The notes under the pieces: generated by a model
Database searches by the model: none
What the model saw: the letters and a program-made list of their open reading frames with translations, nothing else
Told to the model about the DNA's origin: nothing
Shown here: piece after piece, positions 25,616-31,967 of the stretch
Layout: the number at the start of each line of letters is the position of its first letter
How positions within the stretch are numbered: position 1 is the first letter of the stretch
From: a virus
Taxonomy: Duplodnaviria; Caudoviricetes
Virus record (IMG/VR): IMGVR_UViG_3300049828_000433
Location: 1 to 31,967 of that record
Length of the DNA: 31,967 bases
Reading direction: 5' to 3' (one strand)
Program-made: the position numbers and the translations under genes

Positions 25616-26433
25616 TGGCTATTGTCTCTGGCTCAATAACCATCACTTCCGCTGCGCCCGCTGCCGGTGAGCTGGCAGCGGGAAACTGGCTGATAGTCAA
25701 ACAGACCAACGTGCCACCGGAGCAGCGCAAGGTCACGTCAAGGGATGTTGCCGATATGCTCGCGATGATCCGCGTGGGCAAGTCAGCTAGACAGGCTTTG
25801 TCGAGATGTCCGGTCAGCAGGACGCGGGACGACAACGTGTGGACGGCGCGCTGGACTGCGGAGATTGAGGTGCACCATGCAGAGGGCGTGGAGTATGAAT
25901 TGGAAGTCACCAAAGACGGCGTGCTGCTGCCAGCTCTGGGACCACTACTGTCGCGCAAGCAGCGGTCGGCGAGTTATGATGTGGACTACAATCTGACGCA
26001 GCAGCTTGGCTGGCGTGTTGGTAATTTTGGCACATTCCGCGCAGACTGGGACGGCTATGTTTACGACGAGCATGGCAACCGGATAGTGCTTGACAAGCCT
26101 GATGTAACACATGTTGACGGCTTTGCTTACGTTTCCTCCGCTGTGTTTGGCACATTCCGCGCACGCGGTACGGCAGAATATGACAAATGGACTGTAACTG
26201 TCGAGCATCAGCTCGGCACAAAATGGGACTCATCGCTATGGGCTGTGGCTTTTTGGCCGCTCGGCATCCCACGAGAATTGCAGCAAAAATATACAGTTGA
26301 GATCAAGCTGCCGCAATGCGTAATTGATGCTTTCGACAAATGCGCTGATTCGGATTTTTGGACAAACCGGCTCTCGGACGAGCAAGTCATCTTTAATATA
26401 TGCAATGGGAAAAAAGTAATTGACAATCTGTAA
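25615..26433 (+). CDS. Tail-tip protein, paralog 2
   Basis: TGATG coupling; GGAGG SD; N-terminus MAIVSGSITITS. Confidence 0.75.
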   Translation: MAIVSGSITITSAAPAAGELAAGNWLIVKQTNVPPEQRKVTSRDVADMLAMIRVGKSARQALSRCPVSRTRDDNVWTARWTAEIEVHHAEGVEYELEVTKDGVLLPALGPLLSRKQRSASYDVDYNLTQQLGWRVGNFGTFRADWDGYVYDEHGNRIVLDKPDVTHVDGFAYVSSAVFGTFRARGTAEYDKWTVTVEHQLGTKWDSSLWAVAFWPLGIPRELQQKYTVEIKLPQCVIDAFDKCADSDFWTNRLSDEQVIFNICNGKKVIDNL

Positions 26434-28021
26434 CGGACAGATAACCATCACCTGTGCGGTGATGGAATCAGTGGAAACGGGAGTAGAACGGTGGCTCAGG
26501 CTGACAACCGACCCGCCAGAGGCCGAGGCTGAACTGACCGTTGCCGAGTTGGCCGCACTGCTGGATGAGCTGGTCGGTGTGCCTGACCCATGCGTAGGTT
26601 CACCTGTCGCTACCGCCGCCGATCCTATTGCCAAGCTGGAGGACGCCCTTGATGGGCCTGATTGTGGTAAAATAGCCACTGATATGCGGCTTGGTGCCAA
26701 GTGCAAAGCTGCCCGCCGCATAGGATTGCCGATTAACAGGACAGTATATGCGCACTGGTCAGATGAGGCTTTTGGTTATCACCTCCTGCCGCTCGGCTCC
26801 GCCAAAGTGCTGTCCGGCCCGGTGCGCAGCCGCAAGACCATCAATCTGATTATTGATGTCAGTGATGCGTCCTCCGCGCCCGTGCGCTATTATGTTGATG
26901 CAGTGGCTCTTGATCCCCTCTGGCGGAAAAAGCCACCTCGCTGGCTCGGCAATGTCATTGAGGACAAGCGCATCGTGGCTGGGCCTGATATTAGCTTGGG
27001 CGGCGGCAAAGTGGACTTCGGCGGCCGCGTAGTCAGTGGCAGGATAGAGCTGTGGCTGCCGATTATCTGCGATATCTGGACGGTTAGTCTGCTGGGTGTG
27101 TGGCTCGGAGACGGCAAGCGGAACTATGCGGCTAAGTTCCTTGGCACCAGTGAGCTGTTGGATCAACCCGCCGAGGTCGACATCAAAGATGAAACTGAAG
27201 GCAACCCGGATGCCGATGATTGCTCCGTCTGCGGCGGAAGCCCTGAAGCATTTGAACCTCCTGAAAATGCAGATATTTTTTGCTATGAGGAAGTTGTAAC
27301 AGAGGCCCGCCAGCTGTGCAATGACAGAAAGCTTGGTCCGGCGACGGTGGAGTATCGGCAAGTACCATGCCCAACAAACACACTGCCGGAGCTTAACGCA
27401 GGCACTGGCGCAATCCTGAATTTGCCGGATTACATCAGTCGCCAGATGACGTTGCGCATTGCGAAAATTGCATCATCTGATTACAACGAAATCACTTGGC
27501 ATGGATACGTCGACAGCTGCGGCTATGCACCTGTCAGAGATATCTGTAAACCAAGTTGCCGCAAAATCACAAGGACGTGGCGCGGGCAGAGATGGACGAA
27601 AAGAGAAGAGGATATTAAGAGTAAACATCATAGTGATACAGAGATAATTTACATAGGCCCGGACGATGGTATCTGCGGTAAAAGGGTTGATAGCTTCTCA
27701 TCGTCATTTGTGGCAGTAAAATTCCCTATTGGGTCTTATATTAAAGTTATAGCCGTTGATAACCAGTTAATAATTTACGGATACGACGGAATCATATATG
27801 ATAGCGGATTTGCACCAACTCTAATAGTCAATGAAGAAGTAGATATATCTGGAGAAAGTAAAGTAAGAGTTGAAGGTTATAATCTCTGGAATGGTTACAC
27901 CTATGCCGGCTGGGTATTCCAATACGAAGTATATATAGCTGGTGAGCTTAGTCTTACAGTGGATGCTAGAGGAGAGATAGAGATAATCCTTGTCTATACA
28001 GCGGAGCACACATGCACATAG
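26420..28021 (+). CDS. Tail-tip protein, paralog 3, with AT-rich C-terminal domain (candidate receptor-binding protein)
   Basis: TTG start MTICNGQITITC; Cys-rich; GC drops sharply after about 27600. Confidence 0.7.
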   Translation: MTICNGQITITCAVMESVETGVERWLRLTTDPPEAEAELTVAELAALLDELVGVPDPCVGSPVATAADPIAKLEDALDGPDCGKIATDMRLGAKCKAARRIGLPINRTVYAHWSDEAFGYHLLPLGSAKVLSGPVRSRKTINLIIDVSDASSAPVRYYVDAVALDPLWRKKPPRWLGNVIEDKRIVAGPDISLGGGKVDFGGRVVSGRIELWLPIICDIWTVSLLGVWLGDGKRNYAAKFLGTSELLDQPAEVDIKDETEGNPDADDCSVCGGSPEAFEPPENADIFCYEEVVTEARQLCNDRKLGPATVEYRQVPCPTNTLPELNAGTGAILNLPDYISRQMTLRIAKIASSDYNEITWHGYVDSCGYAPVRDICKPSCRKITRTWRGQRWTKREEDIKSKHHSDTEIIYIGPDDGICGKRVDSFSSSFVAVKFPIGSYIKVIAVDNQLIIYGYDGIIYDSGFAPTLIVNEEVDISGESKVRVEGYNLWNGYTYAGWVFQYEVYIAGELSLTVDARGEIEIILVYTAEHTCT

Positions 28022-28209
28022 CAAACATAAAATCTTCTGGTTTGATCAAAATTTTTTATAAAAAAAAAGTGTCTGTTTTTGTAAATGGCAGACAACTAAC
28101 ACCTGATCACAAAAAAAAATGCATCCACTGCGGTGGAAATATTAAGTATTGCTCCGATCAGAATCTACATTGGTGTACAAGCTGCCACTGGTCTCCAGAG
28201 CTACCATGA
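28012..28209 (+). CDS. Small Zn-ribbon protein
   Basis: CIHCGG...WCTSC; GGAG SD; ATGA overlap with next gene. Confidence 0.55.
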   Translation: MHIANIKSSGLIKIFYKKKVSVFVNGRQLTPDHKKKCIHCGGNIKYCSDQNLHWCTSCHWSPELP

Positions 28210-30368
28210 ATTATATTTTTACCGGCACAGTCCTCGACACCGCTATTTTAACTCCCCGCGTTGTCCCAAACGCGGAAGTGACTGTCAACAACAATCTCCA
28301 GCTCCGCACGATGACAGGCAACGCCCACTGCGGGGCGTGGTGCAGCGGCTGGGAAGTCGATGTATCATCAGTAAAAATTAAGTTTGACGTGACACCGTCG
28401 CCGCAATCATATCCAGGCACGCCCGGCACTGTTTTTGTCCTTAAAAAAATCGGAGCGACGCATGAAACAACATACTACGGCTGGCCAAACACTTGCATAA
28501 TTGTCTATTTGCGATCAGGCAGCAGCACTGCGTCAGTCACAACGCAGGTCAATGCGGCTGCCGGGACATCAGGGGTAGTCTCTTTTGCCGCTTTGCCTGC
28601 ATCTGTGCTTGCACAGGTGCAGGTGACTATTGTATCAGGGATTGTCAAAGTCTATGTAAACGACACGTTCAAAGCGTCGTTAACACTATCTCCTCTAGAC
28701 AAGACCGCCATCGGTTCTGTGCTTGTGCCGGAGTGGGGCAACGCGTCGTATGAACGAGACGGGACTTCTCTTGTTAATAATATCAATACAACAGAAGCTA
28801 ACGAACAACATGCGTCCTTGCGCATTGCATCAGTCGCAGAGGCTTTCCGCAGCCTTCAGCTCGCCCCCGCTGCGCGAGCTGAAGCATGGCGTGGCATCCA
28901 AGTGCGCCGGGCCGCGCCGGTGGAAAAAGCGTATGAAATCTATGTTGATGCGGCAGCGCGGTTAGAGAAGGCGGCGCAGTTGTCGGTCGTCGCCACGATG
29001 GGCTTTGAGGCATTCGCCCCGCTGCTGGTCAACGGCACCTTGGCGACGCTTGAGCAGTTCACCACGCTCTCTGTTGAGGCCCACGAGCGCATGGTTTTTG
29101 AGGCCTACCAGCGACTTGCCATGCTGGGCGAGGTGGACAGCAGCATATTCGAGCAATCTGTCGGGCTGGTCGTTGACAATTCCGTCTTGGAGTTCATCTC
29201 GTTTCAGGAACAGGGCGGCTTGTATTACCGCCAGTTTGACGTGCAGGTCAATGTCCATCCTGACACCTTCCCGCCGCGCAATGTGCAGCTGATCGGCTCG
29301 TTGACGCTGTACGGTCATGCCAAATTAACGGTGCTCTCGACACTCATGCTGGAGAGTGGCCCGGTGACAGTGGTCGACCGCGAAATCACTTTGATGTATG
29401 ACGGCGTTCAGGAGCGCATTTGGGCAGCGGATCAGTCAACCGGCGCAGATGCTTACACGGCGACGCTGCGGCTTGTCAGTCCAACGGCAGGGCTGGGCAA
29501 TCTCAAGCCCGATGAGAGGGGCTTTCCGCGCGGATCGCGGCGGTTCAACAAGAGCTGGCCAAGCGGAACAATGGCCAGCGAGATCATGGATGAGCTGTTT
29601 GCTGGCAGCGGCCTGAGCTATGATCTGCGCATTGACGATTTCCCCATCGGCCAGCAGCTCACCGTGGAGAATGAGTTCCCGTTCCAGATTTGGCCTAAAA
29701 TTTTCATCAAGGAACGGGCGCGCACCGGCGACGATGGCGATACGCTGATCATTGATCGGGGGCTTCCATGCCTGCCTGAAAACATCACCATAAATAGCAC
29801 TGCTGCCCTCCGTGCGGCAATAGAAGCTGCGCCGCTGGATCATGGCCTTGACCCCGGCCAGTACATGATCCAGTCTGCAATTGCAGACGATGGCGGGCAG
29901 ATCAGATACACCATGATCAGGGTGGCAAACTATCAGGATTCAGATGCAGGCGCGGCAGAGTTGGCCGCACCTGAACAGGGTGAAATCAACAGCAGCGGCT
30001 ATCGGGAGATTTTCGGCTGGCCGGTGCCTTGGCGCGAAAAGGTTTGGCTGCGCTGCTGTCATGAGCCGCATGACGGTTTTGAGTTCCGGGCTGATGGAGT
30101 GGCTGAGGATGTCGAACTTGAGGAAACCATCAGCTTTGACAACGGCGTGGGCAGAACGCAGCGGCCCATCTACGCCCTGCTTTCCGTGGACTGGATGGGC
30201 AACGCTTCACTGGGCGCAATCACGCCAAGCGAGGACGGCACTTTGACCGCCGCAACGGCTGGCAAGTCCGTCGCTACGGTACGATACAAGACGCGCCGGT
30301 ATAAGTTTTTGTACCGTGATGATGATCAACAACACAAGATGTCTTTCTGGCTCCGCGCTGAGGTGTGA
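28206..30368 (+). CDS. Large tail-tip (hub/host-specificity) protein
   Basis: N-terminal beta-sandwich-like region, ~14-15 aa repeat region, hub-like TMASEIMDEL...YDLRIDDF.I; start at ATG 28206. Confidence 0.7.
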   Translation: MNYIFTGTVLDTAILTPRVVPNAEVTVNNNLQLRTMTGNAHCGAWCSGWEVDVSSVKIKFDVTPSPQSYPGTPGTVFVLKKIGATHETTYYGWPNTCIIVYLRSGSSTASVTTQVNAAAGTSGVVSFAALPASVLAQVQVTIVSGIVKVYVNDTFKASLTLSPLDKTAIGSVLVPEWGNASYERDGTSLVNNINTTEANEQHASLRIASVAEAFRSLQLAPAARAEAWRGIQVRRAAPVEKAYEIYVDAAARLEKAAQLSVVATMGFEAFAPLLVNGTLATLEQFTTLSVEAHERMVFEAYQRLAMLGEVDSSIFEQSVGLVVDNSVLEFISFQEQGGLYYRQFDVQVNVHPDTFPPRNVQLIGSLTLYGHAKLTVLSTLMLESGPVTVVDREITLMYDGVQERIWAADQSTGADAYTATLRLVSPTAGLGNLKPDERGFPRGSRRFNKSWPSGTMASEIMDELFAGSGLSYDLRIDDFPIGQQLTVENEFPFQIWPKIFIKERARTGDDGDTLIIDRGLPCLPENITINSTAALRAAIEAAPLDHGLDPGQYMIQSAIADDGGQIRYTMIRVANYQDSDAGAAELAAPEQGEINSSGYREIFGWPVPWREKVWLRCCHEPHDGFEFRADGVAEDVELEETISFDNGVGRTQRPIYALLSVDWMGNASLGAITPSEDGTLTAATAGKSVATVRYKTRRYKFLYRDDDQQHKMSFWLRAEV

Positions 30369-30371
30369 TCT

Positions 30372-30887
30372 ATGCAAATAATCGAAAGCGCACCGTTGCT
30401 CATTGACCTTCAGGGTGCGGCAGATGCAGCAGCAGAGGTAAACTGGGCGACAGACGCAGACGAAGAGATCAATGGCACTACTGGCTGGACGTTCACGGAA
30501 AACAAGCCCTTCTTCTTTCTCGCCCAGCCGCCTGAAGGCGAGGTGTTTGACAAAATTGAATACGAGGTTGGCGAGTACCGGTTGATCGGCACGGTCAAGC
30601 GGACAAGGACTGACACGCTGGATTTCCAGAATAAGCAGACAACCGGGCTGCTGACATTTTACCCGGACAAAATCATCAATGAATACTGGAACGAGGCTGC
30701 GCCGCCGCCGCATAGCATCAATGGGCGCACGGTGACAGTCAAGCATGATGATCCGCAGTTCGTGTTGACGGTCACGTATGAGTATTCCGCGTTGCAATTT
30801 CGCTTCGCCGTGCCAGCTAAGGGGCTGGCGAAAGGCGAACAATACAAAGTGCTGTTTGATTTGCACAGCAAGGCGGCGGGCGTGTGA
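30372..30887 (+). CDS. Tail-tip structural protein
   Basis: GAGGT SD; beta-rich; coupled to next gene. Confidence 0.65.
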   Translation: MQIIESAPLLIDLQGAADAAAEVNWATDADEEINGTTGWTFTENKPFFFLAQPPEGEVFDKIEYEVGEYRLIGTVKRTRTDTLDFQNKQTTGLLTFYPDKIINEYWNEAAPPPHSINGRTVTVKHDDPQFVLTVTYEYSALQFRFAVPAKGLAKGEQYKVLFDLHSKAAGV

Positions 30888-31249
30888 ACAACATTAATGT
30901 TATCTATCGGCTGTATCCTTGCCGCGCCCTCGTGGCTGGCGGCAACAGCGCGGAGTGCATCCCTGCGCCGGACATCGTTGACCCTGTTGCGATTGGTTCA
31001 ACAGCGCGGGCGCAGCAGGTTGCTGAGGCTGCGCTGCACAATCCCGGCAGCGAGGCATCAGCGCACGACTGGCACACGGCGCAGATCAGCACAACGGGCA
31101 ACAGGCACTATCAGGAGGGAGAGACCTTCAACCTGCGATTCCCCGACGGCAGCGAGGCCGTCGGGGTGATTGGCGAGGTGCTGCTCAGTCACGATGGTAA
31201 GACGCTGGCGCAGCAGCTGGTGGTGCATTATTTGCCGCCTCAGCTTTGA
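30884..31249 (+). CDS. Tail-tip structural protein
   Basis: GTGA overlap; PDIVDP...A.Q.AEA.L...EGETF.L pattern resembling a hub C-terminal domain. Confidence 0.6.
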   Translation: MNNINVIYRLYPCRALVAGGNSAECIPAPDIVDPVAIGSTARAQQVAEAALHNPGSEASAHDWHTAQISTTGNRHYQEGETFNLRFPDGSEAVGVIGEVLLSHDGKTLAQQLVVHYLPPQL

Positions 31250-31315
31250 GGATGGGAAATAATGCACGGCCATCAAAAAAAATGCGCAAACGGATTGACA
31301 GCGGTATAATAGCTT

Positions 31316-31390
31316 GACCGGCAAGCAGCCTCCTTCTCTGTTCATGTGCTGGGCACCGCCTCCAGCCCAGCGCATGAAGCCGGTCTTTTT
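31316..31390 (+). ncRNA. Candidate ~75-nt structured sRNA or terminated leader
   Basis: TATAAT at 31305-31310; GACCGGC/GCCGGTC closing stem; 14-bp inner stem with G-U on + strand; U5 tail. Confidence 0.5.
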
Positions 31391-31425
31391 GGATGCCAAA
31401 GGAAAATTATACCAAAAATATAACC

Positions 31426-31776
31426 ATGCCAACGACCGAAGAAATCAAAGCGTTTGCGGAAGCGGAAGGGTTTGAAGTAAGAACCTGCGGGCATTTTGGC
31501 AGGTTGATAGCCGTCAATCACAAATGCGAGCTATGCGGCGGAACGGGTGAATATTTTTTTATGCACGAAACGGCGTGGCCGCCAGCCGCGATTGAAATGA
31601 TGATGGCAGACCGGGCGCGGCGCAATGAGATTGCCGCCGCAGCCAAGGATGCCAGCGCAGCGTTGCATCATGCTCGCGGGAAAAATGACTTTGCCGAGCG
31701 GGAGCGCGGATTGAATGAAGTGAATCAGCAGCTGATGAAAATTTGGACAACGGCGCAGGGAGCGCGGATTGGATGA
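31426..31776 (+). CDS. Hypothetical protein with CxxCxGxG motif
   Basis: CELCGGTG; start 31393 or 31426; ATGA overlap with next gene. Confidence 0.65.
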   Translation: MPTTEEIKAFAEAEGFEVRTCGHFGRLIAVNHKCELCGGTGEYFFMHETAWPPAAIEMMMADRARRNEIAAAAKDASAALHHARGKNDFAERERGLNEVNQQLMKIWTTAQGARIG

Positions 31777-31967
31777 AACACGTAGGAAGAAGAACACTGC
31801 GAACAGACTTGGAAATGCGGCAGACGGTCTGCCCCGGACGAGCAAACCGTCTGCCGTTCGGCGGCGACCGCAAGGAAACCATTTGCGTGGGCACTGACTG
31901 CAATGCCTGTCATGGCGTGCGCGGCCAGTTGCAGGATGATGAACAGCTGTATTACTGTGGTCTTTGT
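31773..31967 (+). CDS. Cys-rich hypothetical protein, truncated at window edge
   Basis: MKHVGRR...VCP...CVGTDCNAC...YYCGLC, open to the end of the window. Confidence 0.65.
   Translation, partial: MKHVGRRTLRTDLEMRQTVCPGRANRLPFGGDRKETICVGTDCNACHGVRGQLQDDEQLYYCGLC

Larger units (their letters stand above)
1..31967. mobile_element. Lambdoid-type siphophage genome segment (prophage or phage-plasmid); ends not visible
   Basis: Replication, terminase, portal, protease-capsid, tail tube, chaperone, tape measure and tail-tip genes in lambdoid order; no sheath; no host housekeeping genes. Confidence 0.95.

Noticed and set aside
27600-28021. DGR variable region
   Set aside because: No reverse transcriptase and no template repeat differing at adenines seen in the window
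31295-31310. TTGACA and TATAAT as one consensus promoter
   Set aside because: Only 4 nt apart; only the -10 was used
31058-31432. Minus-strand ORF as type I toxin antisense to the sRNA
   Set aside because: Runs 190 nt into a tail gene and lacks a clean short TM-peptide profile
31818-31856. 11-bp inverted repeat as terminator
   Set aside because: Inside a coding frame, long loop, no U-tail
1-31967. Host assignment, att sites, tRNA genes
   Set aside because: No host genes, terminal repeats or cloverleaf with T-loop consensus seen

Overview
The window is one lambdoid-type tailed phage (prophage or phage-plasmid), with no recognisable host genes. Left to right it carries: a replication module (SF3/D5-like helicase, an iteron-rich origin, a separate DnaG-like primase); a leftward cluster of small accessory genes with an HTH regulator; terS and a GpA-type terL; a second leftward accessory cassette wedged between terL and the head genes; a head module (gpW-like adaptor, lambda-type portal, ClpP-major capsid fusion, DUF2190-like protein); a non-contractile tail module (tube, G/GT chaperone with -1 slippery site, tape measure split by a frameshift, tail tip with three paralogous genes); and two small genes at the right edge. 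No integrase, partition, lysis, sheath, tRNA or CRISPR genes were recognised. The least explained signals are non-coding: a promoter-to-terminator antisense RNA over the helicase leader, and a terminator-ended ~175-nt leader RNA whose terminator arm is complementary to the 5' end of a structured ~75-nt RNA encoded 20 kb away. Others are 48-bp hairpin+RBS repeats bounding one accessory gene, and a 14-bp tandem array next to a poly-A promoter spacer in front of the head operon. All protein calls come from motifs and gene order read by eye; no searches were run.
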